A DNA stretch of 63,433 nucleotides, counting the filler, from Octopus bimaculoides (Eukaryota), in NCBI RefSeq assembly GCF_001194135.2. It is 3 parts of 2 records of this genome, joined end to end, with 100 filler letters (N's around TTAATTAATTAA, not from the genome) between each part and the next. Parts side by side here need not be neighbours in the genome. Positions count along the whole stretch, not along the records: positions 32,076 to 54,319 come from NC_068982.1; positions 54,420 to 63,433 come from NC_068981.1; 1 more part is not named here. One strand, given 5' to 3'. Every line of letters starts with the position of its first letter. The first letter of the stretch is position 1. Below, piece by piece: positions 49,874-63,433 of the stretch. Position numbers and translations under genes: made by a program. The notes beneath the pieces were generated by a model, which had not been told where the DNA came from, ran no database searches, and worked only from the letters and a program-made list of their open reading frames with translations.

Positions 49874-51942
49874 AATGTTGAGTTCAAGACAAATGGTTGA
49901 ATCTGTGCTGCAGAGTACTATCGACAAAGAATCAATTTTATAAGCGGTGTACCTTTCTTTTATATACAGTGTTGTTGGTAACTGTAAGTACGTATGTACC
50001 TATGTTTGTACGCATGCATGCATGCATGTATGCATGTATGTATGTGTGTGTGTGCTTGCCTATGTATGTACGTATGTAAATATGTATGTGTGTCTATATG
50101 TATGTGTGTATGTGCATATGTATGTATGCATGTATATGTGTGTGCATCTGTGTATTGTGTATGAACTATATGTAGTACAATTTAGCACGTCAGTGATGAA
50201 CACTATTCTGCTGTCCCTGATTTGAAAGCAACTCTAGTTAAATCTGCTCAAGAGAGCTATGACCAAATGATAAAAGGCACTCTATCCATGACTCTCTTGC
50301 ATTCTGTGTGTAGCTAGGACTACAGTATTTAATGTGTCCTCTTTTCTTAAAATATTAGAATGTGTTTCGAGATAGGTTGCGTTGCTTTACTCCTTTATTC
50401 GATTAAAAGGCTTGACATGTATAGGTTGAAAGGTTGTGACGCAAAAAACACATGAAGTGAACTTTAGATTAGTATGCGATATTATGAAGGTTTCCATTCG
50501 TTTATCATAAGAAAAAGAAAATGTATTAAACCTGGGTTGATTGAACATAAAGATTGAAATGCACTGAGAAAGGGAAGTCTCTAGTTACCAGATAATTGAC
50601 GTGGAAGCAAGAAGACGAAAGCATTTTCTGATACGAAGGAGTCTCAAGATTTCGTAGCCCTAATGGTGCGATCAAAGTTAGTGTACTGGAAAAACGTACC
50701 GTAGGCAGTTAAGTAACAATGAATATGTATATACTCGACTGTTTGTAAACCATCACTGCTCTTGTCTCCTGGGAGTGAGTTACATTTATAGATGTAGTGC
50801 ACTTGGTTTTTAAATCGATATCATGAGAGTTGTAAGAAATAGATCCACTGTATGATTGTTAGATTGACTTTGTTAAAATACTTATGCTTTAATCAATACC
50901 TCAGAAAGAATTATTCAAAGGGTTCCAAAGTCCCAGTGGGATATACAACTGTGTTTTTGTATCGGTGTCAATCAAATGTTTTTCTTTATTTTGTTCTTGT
51001 TGTTGTTGTAGTCGTCGTTGTTGTTGTTGTTTGACACAAGATCCTTACTAATCGAATGCGTTCTAGTTAAGCCTTTTTATCTTTTTAATCTTATCTAGGA
51101 ATACATTACCCAAAGCATCCTTCCGTTTTTCTTGACGGTAGGATGTGATTTGAAAGAGATTTAACAGCTATTTCTAGCAAATAGAATGACCACGCAGAGA
51201 CCATTTTAAAGTTTAATTACGAAACTCTCCTTACCTTTCATCAATGATACTTATCAATATGTGAATACCTTTTTTTTTCTGTCATTTTTATGTTTACAAA
51301 CACACCATTCCGGATATCTCTATTGTAAGATCTTCATATTTAATTAAGTTCTTTTAGAGATCTATTTCAGTCCAATGGGAATGAAATCTCAATTAAAAGA
51401 CGATTTTGGCTCGATAATCTTATGAATAGGTATGTCCCAGTTTATGCTTCATTTGTAATTTCCTGAAGACTTTTGTACTGAACACTTAATGTTATCTTCG
51501 TTGACAATTCCATGGTACAATCGGGTTTATTTCTATACTCAGTTACATGGCTATAACTAGACGAATATGAACAATGTGGCTGCTTTTCTCTTCACAGTTT
51601 CTATATTTCCAGAACATTTTCTTTTCTCTTTCATTGCATGTTTTTAGTTGAAAGGCTCTGTTTTATTGATCAACAAGAGCTAACGATGTCGGTCTCAGCT
51701 CTAAGCTATGAGATTCTTTTAGTTTCTTCAACACTACTTAATCATAGTGGGTACTGGCCATCTTGTTTATCCTTTTTACCTGTTTTACTTTACAAATATC
51801 CTTTTCTTTTATTTATCTATTCTCTATATTTATGGCAACTGTTCTTTCTCAACATTTACTGTATGATAGTGACTTTCAATGATATTATTCCCTCTCTCTC
51901 CCTTCGTACACACATGTGTATGTGCTTTGTGTGTATGTGCGT

Positions 51943-52001
<59 letters not shown>

Positions 52002-53739
52002 CGTTTTTTTTTACTTCTTTTAAGGTACAAAAATACGAATATGTTCACTACAAACTTACGTTAGAAATGCATAAACTGATATACGTCTGAAATGTAATCT
52101 TGTTTATCTTACANNNNNNNNNNNNNNNNNNNNNNNNNNNNNNNNNNNNNNNNNNNNNNNNNNNNNNNNNNNNNNNNNNNNNNNNNNNNNNNNNNNNNNN
52201 NNNNNNNNNNNNNNNNNNNNNNNNNNNNNNNNNNNNNNNNNNNNNNNNNNNNNNNNNNNNNNNNNNNNNNNNNNNNNNNNNNNNNNNNNNNNNNNNNNNN
52301 NNNNNNNNNNNNNNNNNNNNNNNNNNNNNNNNNNNNNNNNNNNNNNNNNNNNNNNNNNNNNNNNNNNNNNNNNNNNNNNNNNNNNNNNNNNNNNNNNNNN
52401 NNNNNNNNNNNNNNNNNNNNNNNNNNNNNNNNNNNNNNNNNNNNNNNNNNNNNNNNNNNNNNNNNNNNNNNNNNNNNNNNNNNNNNNNNNNNNNNNNNNN
52501 NNNNNNNNNNNNNNNNNNNNNNNNNNNNNNNNNNNNNNNNNNNNNNNNNNNNNNNNNNNNNNNNNNNNNNNNNNNNNNNNNNNNNNNNNNNNNNNNNNNN
52601 NNNNNNNNNNNNNNNNNNNNNNNNNNNNNNNNNNNNNNNNNNNNNNNNNNNNNNNNNNNNNNNNNNNNNNNNNNNNNNNNNNNNNNNNNNNNNNNNNNNN
52701 NNNNNNNNNNNNNNNNNNNNNNNNNNNNNNNNNNNNNNNNNNNNNNNNNNNNNNNNNNNNNNNNNNNNNNNNNNNNNNNNNNNNNNNNNNNNNNNNNNNN
52801 NNNNNNNNNNNNNNNNNNNNNNNNNNNNNNNNNNNNNNNNNNNNNNNNNNNNNNNNNNNNNNNNNNNNNNNNNNNNNNNNNNNNNNNNNNNNNNNNNNNN
52901 NNNNNNNNNNNNNNNNNNNNNNNNNNNNNNNNNNNNNNNNNNNNNNNNNNNNNNNNNNNNNNNNNNNNNNNNNNNNNNNNNNNNNNNNNNNNNNNNNNNN
53001 NNNNNNNNNNNNNNNNNNNNNNNNNNNNNNNNNNNNNNNNNNNNNNNNNNNNNNNNNNNNNNNNNNNNNNNNNNNNNNNNNNNNATATATATATATATAC
53101 GCATACTAAGCTCCCCAATCACTAATAAGTAAGAGATAGCTTATCGTTACCCTCGTAGCATCTATAAATGATTCTAATATGTTTTTTAAACACTGAGAAT
53201 ACTGCTTTAGGTGAAAAGAGAGAAGAAAAGTACTCTACACTTTTCAGCATACAAACACGCACACACACATATACGCATACAACCACACTCACACACACAC
53301 ATATGTATGTGATTATATGCATGTACGTATATGTACGGTTTGCGTTTTCTCTATGTCAGTATTTTTCCGCGGTGAGGGAACTGGTTTTTACGATGACACA
53401 AAAGCTCTATCATTGTTACATATTGAATATGAAGAAAGTCTTGCATATTTTTAGCTGTTTCTCTTAAAAAGATTGTATCTATCATTCATGTTAGCTTTTG
53501 TCTATGCTTCAAAATTGTCGTTCCTCCAGATTGCACCATAAGTATTACTCACATAACCGAGTGTGTCAATAATTATTGGTATGAATGTAAATTTATAATC
53601 AGAGTAGAGATAAGGTGCAGGTTTCCACTGAAGGGTTGTTCACATTTGCAAGGCTACTATCCTCTATGACTTGTTGATTTCTCTTTGTTTCCTTTTTAGT
53701 AAAGAGCTAATTTTGATCGGCCACCTCTTTGGTCTCAAG

Positions 53740-54125
53740 GTTGTGAACGAAAGCATTTTGTTTTGTCTATCATCCATTAAATCTTAAAAGAGTCCAACAG
53801 ATTTTTATTGTCCCATATGTCGTGATCATTTGTAGCGTATGAATTAAGTAGTTGCATTCTTTCTCCTAGAACCCAAGAATAGCGATATTTTGCCCCAGCC
53901 GTGTTTATACGTATTTTGATGCTCTAATAGTAGTAGAAATAAAACTAAAAGTGAACCTTGAATACTGCCTTTGAAATTCTTCATCAGTTGTCCATACGTG
54001 TTTTTTTTCCTGTATTTTTCTGTCCACTTTTACATCCAGAGGACAGCTGATTTCCACATCTGGGCATTTTATTTTCTTGTGGTCCTCTGCAATAATAGCT
54101 GGCCGGTTGTTTTATCATGGTGGGT
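53740..54125 (-). mobile_element. Old RLE-type non-LTR 3' remnant
   Basis: Minus strand NRPAIIAEDHKKIKCPDVEISCPLDVKVDRKIQEKK resembles RPDIV...IDVxCPxDxNVxxKxxEK. Confidence 0.5.
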
Positions 54126-54172
54126 GTTTAATTTTTAAGTTCCAACAGTATTCTTTTGATTCATCAGTTTCG

Positions 54173-54213
<41 letters not shown>

Positions 54214-54419
54214 TTACATTCATGCCAATAATTATTGAGGCACTCGGTTATGTGAGTAAATACCTAAGGTGCAATCTGAAGGACACACACACACACACAC
54301 ACACACATACATATATATANNNNNNNNNNNNNNNNNNNNNNNNNNNNNNNNNNNNNNNNNNNNTTAATTAATTAANNNNNNNNNNNNNNNNNNNNNNNNN
54401 NNNNNNNNNNNNNNNNNNN

Positions 54420-54777
54420 ATACCAGCAGATGACAACGTTTCTCTAAAAGAAATGGAAAAACTTTCAAAATACAAAGACCTGGAAATAGAGGTAACTCGA
54501 ATGTGGAATCTAAAAACAGAAACAATTCCTATCATAGTAGGTGCCTTAGGTATAATAAAAACATATTCAGACAAATACATAACAAAAACACCAGGACTTA
54601 CAAATATATATAACATACAAAAAATTGCACTACTGGGTACTGCACACATTCTACGCAAAACACTTTCAATACAGTAAACATAAGAGCACCACAGCAAACC
54701 ACAGCACATACCCAAGGCGCACAGAGCTGCGCTCGGTAGTGAAGTGAAAGCACGTTATAAAAATAAAACTACTGAAC
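54420..54777 (+). mobile_element. R4/Dong-like 3' end, ending in (AAT)n
   Basis: KEMEKLSKYKDLEIEVTRMWNLKTETIPIIVGALG...LLGTAHILRKTLSIQ* plus 3' UTR; the 5' side lies in a gap. Confidence 0.93.
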
Positions 54778-55184
54778 AATAATAATAATAATAATAATAA
54801 TAATGCAATAATTCTTCACAGGGTTATTGAAGCATGACCAGTAAACCAGTTTCACCTTAGTCTGCTGGCTGTAAATAGCTGACACTTTTCCTCATAGCCA
54901 GCAAAATAAGGTGCAATATAATTCTAACGAAAACAATCCCTATTTTTTCCATAGGGCAATGTTGGTTTTCGTTTCTGCAGAAGGTTTAAATGTTCGTCTC
55001 AAACCATGACCGAATAAATGAGATAAAACATAGTCAGCAGTTAAAGACCATTTTATAGGAATTACAATTCTTAAAAATGATTTTTAAGGTAACGGTTTTA
55101 GTTACAGTTGAGTGCTAAATATCATTAACGACAATAGTCTTTAAATTTTACATACATCTATCTTGCTTGTTCCACATATATGTA

Positions 55185-56045
55185 TGTGGTCTGATCAATA
55201 AGTATCTGGCCTGTTATTATAGTAACGAAGTTAAAGCAAGCAAAGTAAAGCCGCTTGGCAGTGATTGACCTTGATCACTGCTGTGCATCCCCACTAAGTT
55301 TAAACGTTCTAACTAACTTCCGCAGTTTACAGCAGTACCTGGAACGAAGATGTGTAGCGTGTGATTATCGCATTAACATGATAGAGTAAGCTGAACAGAA
55401 AATCTGCATCAAAGCTTGGCGATAATTTCACAGAGGCCAACGCAAAATTTTGAAAACATTTTCATCGTTATCGAGTAAATCAAGGAGAACTTGTGCAACC
55501 GAAATCCGAATGTCTTCTTGGTCGGCTGAAAGCAGTTCTGGCACAAAATTGGCAGACTTGCGTCTCAGTGATAATGGACTGAACTGAATCGTAACTAATC
55601 TGAACATCCACTAATAACCCACGGATGGTGATTCGATGATTTCCCCCTCAGAGCTGCACGCGCATATGCGATGTTTTTTCTCAGTTCTGCTGGTTACATG
55701 TCTCCCAGAACGTTCGTCAATATTGACAATTTCTCAGCCATCTTGGAAACGACTGAACCACCCTTACACATGTGTGCGTCTCATGCACTTCTCTCCATAC
55801 ACTTTCTGCGACTTTGCGTACGCCTCTGAGCAGGTATCGCCATGACAGCTTTCTCTGTCATGGTCAATGCATCGGTCGCATACTACACACCCTCATTCCA
55901 AGTATAGCGGAAGTGAGCTAGAACGTTAAAATTTCGTGCGCACGAACATCCGATTTTAAGATCAATATTTTCCAAGCGACTTTACTTTCCATATTTTCGC
56001 ATTGTTACTATGGCCACAGCAAGGATACTTAGTGATCAGACCTCG
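55185..56045. mobile_element. mariner derivative made of two convergent 5' ends (5'-5' structure)
   Basis: Both ends have the TIR ggtctgatca(a/c)taagtatc..ctgt..atagtaac, the same subterminal aacgttcta.ct.acttccgc and a transposase start (MIE*AEQKICIK on +; MTEK...EAYAKSQKVYGE..SGR..FVPELL on -). Confidence 0.75.
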
Positions 56046-58118
56046 GATTTATGGTTATTAATTACTAACATGCTACCTCGCAATAAATTAGATAACGGCT
56101 TTTAACAAGAGTATATGATAAGTACGGAGAAATATATGAATGCATACAAAATTATGAATGCATACGTAATTGATGTATTCCAAATATATATACAAATGTA
56201 TTAATATAATTAATAGCATCATATTGAACACTCGAAATTCAGAAATTTACATTAAATTCATATTTTTAAATGACATATTTACTTTCTCAAAAGTAATCAT
56301 AATAAAATAGTGTGTAACTTTCGTATAAAGATACATTCTGTATTTATATCTCTTTCAAATGTGTAACATTTACTTGAGATACAAATACCGAAATGTAGCT
56401 ATTAAGAAGTGTTTTCGTAATTATCACAGAACATGGTATAATTCACATTTGTATTGAAGGTTTACATATATAAATATATATATATATATACATATAAAAT
56501 ACATACTCAGACACACATATACACAGACACACATGTATGCACTAACACTTTATGTGCAGAAACGTACACACATAGACGCACCTAAAGCGGAGTATATACT
56601 CTGTTTGTCAAAAAAAGAAACTGTATTTACTCGGATAATTATAGATAAATATATAATATACACAATGCGTTTAGTGGTTTCCCGATTTTGTTTACTAAAA
56701 TATAGTTATTAAACGTGAATGATGATGATGATGATGATGAAGTTCTTGTTTCACGAGGGACCAATCATCATGCGTATATTCAGCGCTTTTTGTGTGTGTG
56801 TTTTTTTATTATTTAGTGATTATTCGTTAGCAATCCGTATTGATGCAGACATTTTTTAGTTATCCACGATAAATCTAAAACTGAAATGTACACATGAATA
56901 TGTATATGTCCAAATGCATATATGAATGTATGTATTTGCTTATAAGTATGAATGTATGTATTTGCCTATAAATATGTATATAATACTATATGCCTATATA
57001 TTCACTAAAGTTACTTTGTCAAAAAATGTGAAGGGTAATACATAATATATGGCGAAGGTTTTAAGATTTCCTTGAAGAAAATACCTTATTCACTATTCTA
57101 GTTTCCCGATACGGTAATAATACACCAAACAATTTTATTATTCGTAATTTCTGTCGTTCGCTTGTTGTGCGCTTCTTAATTTATTCATAGTTATTTTTTC
57201 TATATATTTGTCACTGGTGTATTTGCTACGTGGATTTTATTATTGCTTTCTGTGTGTTTATAATTTGTATAGCAGTTTACTAATATTGCTACGTGTTTTG
57301 GTTTAATTTAAGGCAGATATATTATACACAAGCACAGCAAAAATTGTCTAAGACCAATACTAGGTGGGATACAAATTTCTCAAACATTACGAACATCCTC
57401 CTTGAAAACTGGATGTCTAGTATGGGTATTCTAATACTAAATGCGTCAAAAAAGTACACCTAAACCAAATAACAGAAAATACAAGTCCTCATAATTAGAT
57501 ACAGAAGGGCTTAATAGAAAAGAGATGCATGATGATTCTTGTCGCATGAAACGTTTGCCGCAAGAATGGAATTAATTTCATATATGTGTGGGGGATGTGT
57601 GTGTGTTTGTATGTGCGCTCGTGTATGCTGTGGAAGAAGAAAATGTTAACAATATATTTCACCACGATTCAGTTTAACTAGCACTTTTACTAGGTGTTTG
57701 AAAGTATCAATTACAATATTCGCTTGTGCACAAGTTAAGCTTCAACTGGCGAACGAAATAGAAAATATAATAAAATTATATCTTTAACATCTGGAAATTT
57801 ATTCATCACAATAAAAATTAGAAAGACTTTAGAACTTAGAATATTCAAGGAGTCTGCAAGTAGACGTAAATTATTGATTATTTTAAAGTCAAACTCAGTC
57901 GTATTTTTCGTTATGTCTAAATGAAGAGGAGGTCATGAAACTCTGTTATAGTAGGCTCATTTTTACCAACTCTTTGTTCTGCTTTTTTGAACTGTATATG
58001 GTATTTCTCTGTGAAATATATTCAACCAATGTATCTGATTTAAACATTTCATTTAGATCCTTCCAATTTAGTAAGAATCCGATTTCACATTACTAACAAG
58101 CATTCAAAGCACCAAACT

Positions 58119-58326
58119 GAGAGAATCGTTATCATGACGCGAAAAATGCTTAGCAACATTTCGTCCATCTTCACATTCTGAGTTAAAATTTCATCGAGGT
58201 CGAATCTGCATTTCATCCTTTCGGGATCGATAACATAAGTGCCAGTTGGACAATGGGGTCGACGTAATCAACTGAAATCCTCTCCAGAAATCGCTGGACT
58301 TGTGCCAACATTTTAAATCCATATTA
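58119..58326 (+). mobile_element. SINE family C copy
   Basis: gagaatcgttatcatgacgcgaaaaatgcttagc...ttcatcctttcgggatcgataac...gacttgtgcc. Confidence 0.8.
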
Positions 58327-59032
58327 CCAATGCATGAAATACAAACTATGTATTTGCAAGGCTAAAATTTAGAGAAGGTTTATCATATAACCTGTTCCTA
58401 AATTTGTGTGACATATACGATATCTCATTCTTTCCGTCAGATATCAATTTATTTAACCCTCTATTCTCTGTCCGTAAATTATACGAGCCAAAGACACACA
58501 ACCTACGGCTCATATAAGTAGATATACACACAACAGCCGACACACACCCATGTTTAATATTTTTTTCATAAAGTTACGGCCTGATGACTTCGTCAATTCG
58601 CCGTTACTGAAAAACTTTTGCAGATATGATTTTTCTATATAACATAAAATCTACCTGATGTAAATATATTCGAAACACTACTGCATAGCATTTATGACAT
58701 TGCATGAATTGCTACAATTGTCAATTAAATACTTTTACAATCAACTACTGTCCCAGGATTGTAAATGTGAAAAATGTATTCTATAGTGCTAAAACTTAAC
58801 TGTTTGAAAATCGGAATAGTCACAACTAGCAAAAGTTTGGAAAGACTGCTGATGTGGGCCTGAAACTAGATACTTTTCATAATAGAATAATGTTTTATTG
58901 TTGTTTTCTTTTTTCAGAATGTCCTGAATGTTCGTCCACTTATACTGTTTAGTTTCAGAGGATACGTGTTCAAAAACATGCTGTAGTAGAATGCATTAAT
59001 GTTAATGATTGAAATGCCTCTCTTATTTACAG

Positions 59033-59069
59033 ATTATAATCATTGGGGAATATTTCTTTTGACGCCAAG
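59033..59069 (+). CDS. Candidate 37-nt exon
   Basis: Acceptor ctctcttatttacag|, donor AAG|gtaact; single open frame (D)YNHWGIFLLTP(R/S). Another strong acceptor (ttttcttttttcag|) at 58917. Confidence 0.2.
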
Positions 59070-59491
59070 GTAACTATGGAAATGATCTGAGTTAGATCTA
59101 TAGAAGCAAGTATTTTCATGGATTTTTTCAAAATTTAAAGTGTCACAGTAATGGAATTTGTATTCAGGAATTTTGCTGTCATTTATTGATGTTTAGCAAC
59201 CAGATATGATATATTTATTTTGTAAAATTACATGACTTACTTATTTTTATTCAATATATTTTTTTATTAAATCGCTTCCTGTCACTGCAACGTCATTTAC
59301 AAAATCTTAGTACTACTTCAGTTTTCATATGTACACAGGTTTGTGTAAAACACTAATTACTAAGAAATTATTTATATATATAAACACAGTGCGTGTGTTT
59401 ATTATCGGCATAATTGCCTCTCCCAAGGTTTAATTGTATTTCTTTCAACACACATATCCACATAAAGAATCTTGCACACGAAATACACATA

Positions 59492-59528
<37 letters not shown>

Positions 59529-61879
59529 NNNNNNNNNNNNNNNNNNNNNNNNNNNNNNNNNNNNNNNNNNNNNNNNNNNNNNNNNNNNNNNNNNNNNNNN
59601 NNNNNNNNNNNNNNNNNNNNNNNNNNNNNNNNNNNNNNNNNNNNNNNNNNNNNNNNNNNNNNNNNNNNNNNNNNNNNNNNNNNNNNNNNNNNNNNNNNNN
59701 NNNNNNNNNNNNNNNNNNNNNNNNNNNNNNNNNNNNNNNNNNNNNNNNNNNNNNNNNNNNNNNNNNNNNNNNNNNNNNNNNNNNNNNNNNNNNNNNNNNN
59801 NNNNNNNNNNNNNNNNNNNNNNNNNNNNNNNNNNNNNNNNNNNNNNNNNNNNNNNNNNNNNNNNNNNNNNNNNNNNNNNNNNNNNNNNNNNNNNNNNNNN
59901 NNNNNNNNNNNNNNNNNNNNNNNNNNNNNNNNNNNNNNNNNNNNNNNNNNNNNNNNNNNNNNNNNNNNNNNNNNNNNNNNNNNNNNNNNNNNNNNNNNNN
60001 NNNNNNNNNNNNNNNNNNNNNNNNNNNNNNNNNNNNNNNNNNNNNNNNNNNNNNNNNNNNNNNNNNNNNNNNNNNNNNNNNNNNNNNNNNNNNNNNNNNN
60101 NNNNNNNNNNNNNNNNNNNNNNNNNNNNNNNNNNNNNNNNNNNNNNNNNNNNNNNNNNNNNNNNNNNNNNNNNNNNNNNNNNNNNNNNNNNNNNNNNNNN
60201 NNNNNNNNNNNNNNNNNNNNNNNNNNNNNNNNNNNNNNNNNNNNNNNNNNNNNNNNNNNNNNNNNNNNNNNNNNNNNNNNNNNNNNNNNNNNNNNNNNNN
60301 NNNNNNNNNNNNNNNNNNNNNNNNNNNNNNNNNNNNNNNNNNNNNNNNNNNNNNNNNNNNNNNNNNNNNNNNNNNNNNNNNNNNNNNNNNNNNNNNNNNN
60401 NNNNNNNNNNNNNNNNNATACGTGCAAACATACATACATACATAGAAATATATATATTGTGTAACCAAAGCAACTGGGAATAATTTTATTCTGTCTCCTT
60501 ATATATATAGGAAAAATAGCCCCATATATGTCTAACAGGCTCACCAGATGGTTCTATTAAGTTAGACACGGCCCGGGCCTATACTGGCCGAAACTTATCA
60601 AAGTTATCAAAATTATAACGAGATGCTTTCACTGGATAAATGTTTTTTTATCATAGCTCAACTGGAATTATATTGGTATACGTATTTTTAATATGAGTTT
60701 GGCATATATAAATCAATATATTTGAACAAGATACATATAGAGCCACACGCTGATCGAGTCTTTTGAATAGAAAAAGCTTTTAGCATACAGGTTTTGAGTT
60801 TTGTAGTGTAGGCAAAAAAGTCATATGTAATTTCAATGGAATTTTTTCCTTGTTTTAAAACCACATGCAATTTAATGATGATATAGGCATATCTATATAT
60901 ATTTATACGTAAACACACACACACACACATATTTATATACATACACGCATGCGTACGCGCATACAAACATACGCATGCACGCACAAACACACACACACAC
61001 ACACACATACACACCCACACATATATATATATACATGTTTTTAAGTATACATGTACGTATGGATATTTGAGTTAAACATGTTTCTTTGTGTAGAATTTGA
61101 TCGTGTTACTAACAATGCTTATGTTTATGTCAAATCTTTTGAGGCTCTGGATAGTTCTAATAGGGCTAACATCCCCTCGTCCCTTTGTGTAGATAAAATT
61201 GCACTCATGTATTGCAATTTTTGCTGGTCACATTGTTCCGTAGTCATTTGTTCTACATTATAATTTAGGCTCATGAAACACCCATGTTTCATAAATGTAT
61301 GTGATTAAGTGCATGTTATTTTCTCAGGAGCTGATGCATGTAAACTACTATAAAGTTTGCAAACTTTTTTTTTATGTTTCATGAAACACAACCGTTCTAT
61401 ACTTGTATATAATTATGTTATTATACAGCTAAGTATACTAAGTAAAAATAAAAATGAAAAGAATGGGTGTAAGCAGTGCACGTTTCTCTTTGATCCTCCA
61501 TAAATATTCAGCTTCTCCCTAATTTTAACGATATATGCAAATTTACTGATTAACAGTGCGTAACATTTCCTCACTTTCTATAAAGAAATGTGTCGTTTAT
61601 TGTGTGTACACTTGGAGTGATTTTCCTGGAATAATCCACGGACATTCATTATTTTGAAAGGTTTCAGAGTATTTAGGATTTGATGCGCATTAGGATCTGA
61701 TATTGCAATGCTTCCTGCAGATACGGCTGCAGAGTTTTAGGAAAGTAGCCGCCTCAAATATATTTCTTGGAGTGTGTCAGTAATATGAGTGGTTTAATAC
61801 GCATTAGTATGATATATTTCTTATCACGACCTAAATGTTGAGAAACATATTCCTAATTCTTGTTTATTAGACGTTTAAT

Positions 61880-62160
61880 ATATGTCTCCGTGCTTGTCTA
61901 GCAAACGCGAAACTTCCGAGTTCGACGTGAATGAGAGGAGAGACAAGAGACGGAAAAATCACGTCTTCTCTATAGGAAGCCAGCGGATAGAAAGAAAAAA
62001 TCACTTTCGTCACGTGTCAGCGACGAGAGGGTCAAGGAAGAAGAGTGTGTGTGTGTGAGAGAGAGGGGGGACGGTGACAGAAAAAATGTGACAGAGCATT
62101 GGTATGCATTAATAACCGAAGATATGTGCGTTGGATAGTAGAATGAGATCATTGTAAGAA
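61880..62160. promoter_or_regulatory. CpG-rich promoter-like segment
   Basis: ACTTCCG (ETS-like) 61912-61918, GTCACGTG (E-box) 62009-62016, GACGTGA/TCACGTC half-CRE-like sites, donor-like ATT|gtaaga at 62154. Confidence 0.3.
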
Positions 62161-63159
62161 TCATCATGGAAAGTTTATATTTATTATGAATAACAAGCGT
62201 TTAACGATCAAATATAGAACTTATGCCACAGGCATGAACAGACACAATGCTAAGGCACCAAGGACCACATGCTACCTGTCAGAATATGTCCTTCCCCCTG
62301 AGTAATAACCAATTCAAAAACGTCCGTCCTGTCTGCTCCACCCTCTTTCTAATCTGGAGTCATGTTCAATTACAGCTAGTTGCTCTTCTTTCCTTCACTT
62401 GCTTTGAAAGTATTTCTGATAAATTAATGATTTATCTTGTATTGAATTAAGTATAATTTTTACCGTCCTTGTGGTACAGCTTCTTCTCACTGGGCACGTT
62501 TTGATGTATGTATATAACCATGCTGCAGATGTACGAGAATTACCGAAATGCCTCCATGTTCTCTGTGTCTTTGTACAACCAACGTAAAGCTCAGATAAGG
62601 CTGTTCTGTTGACGTACATTGAAGCAAAGCAGAAACAACAGCTATTATCTTGTTTCCCGAAAATAAAACAGCGTTTTTTCTCTTCACGGCATTCTGATGG
62701 AAGAGAGTGATTTTTGTCACTTCATTTCATGTCTTTTCATATAGAGACAACTGCAGTTACCACTAGATATCATTTTCATTTTCTCAGAACATAAACTCAA
62801 TAATTAAAAAATTATACATGATATTTATTGTTATTACTTTCCTAAGCATATACAAGCGATAATGTTCCAATAGTTATTATACAAAATATGTCAATTGTCC
62901 ATTGCATGGATTAGCTAAATTGCTACACTTAGGTCTTAACGAAAGCGCAAATTATGTATCCCATTAGCTGTTGGATATCTAAGTAAGAGCAATTAAGAGT
63001 TTTATACTTAAACCTCTTATGGTCATAAGCTTACTATCCTTTGTTGACTGCGTCCATATAGTGATGATATCTATAATAAACGCAAGAACTTTAAGAAAAC
63101 TTGTTTTTAAAACAACCACCGGAGTTCTATCTTATAGTTAGTCATAATTTCTATTCTCA

Positions 63160-63244
<85 letters not shown>

Positions 63245-63247
<3 letters not shown>

Positions 63248-63415
63248 TATAACATACAGAAAATTTCACTACTGGGCACTGCACACATCCTACGCAAAAC
63301 ACTCTCAATACAGTAACCATAGGAGCATCACAGCAAACCACAGCACATACCTAAGGCACACAGAGCTGCGCTCGATAGTGAAGTGAAAGCACGTTATAAA
63401 AATAAAACTACTGAA
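63245..63415 (+). mobile_element. 5'-truncated R4/Dong-like copy embedded in (AAT)n on both sides
   Basis: YNIQKISLLGTAHILRKTLSIQ* plus a 3' UTR near-identical to 54600-54777; (AAT)n at 63160-63246 and after 63416. Confidence 0.93.
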
Positions 63416-63433
63416 CAATAATAATAATAATAA

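Noticed and set aside
52048-53125. Long ORFs over N gaps (also 7231-8040, 27258-27826, 32951-33841, 59368-60544)
   Set aside because: Open only because N codons are not stops.
62395-62720. Overlapping 70-110-codon open frames near the promoter-like region
   Set aside because: Conflicting strands and frames, no recognised domain; cannot choose one.

Overview
AT-rich, gap-containing, repeat-saturated animal genomic DNA. The SINE/LINE repertoire, microsatellite load and gap style suggest a coleoid cephalopod, probably Octopus (inference, not verified). No complete host gene, tRNA, rRNA or CRISPR array is supportable. Most of the window is decayed mobile DNA: Penelope-like (PLE) fragments, RTE, CR1, HERO and R4/Dong-type non-LTR fragments, three SINE families, mariner/Tc1, hAT and Helitron elements, a long-TIR foldback element, and microsatellites. 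The main signal beyond the ORF track is a set of minimal type-I hammerhead ribozyme folds: near-intact at 6432-6497(+) and 29283-29332(+), variant or degenerate at 6781-6854(-) and 9334-9376(-), and a partial core inside a perfect 143-bp-arm palindrome flanked by a 14-bp direct repeat (12296-12588). PLE-associated hammerheads are a known class; these particular short non-coding carriers are the part worth testing. Other points: R4/Dong copies sit in (AAT)n tracts, one SINE forms head-to-tail arrays, a SINE and a CR1 share a 3' end, and there is a 5'-5' mariner. Weak evidence (splice-site-bounded open frames and an unexplained 181-codon ORF) hints at a minus-strand spliced gene. All alignments and folds were done by eye; boundaries of decayed elements are approximate.
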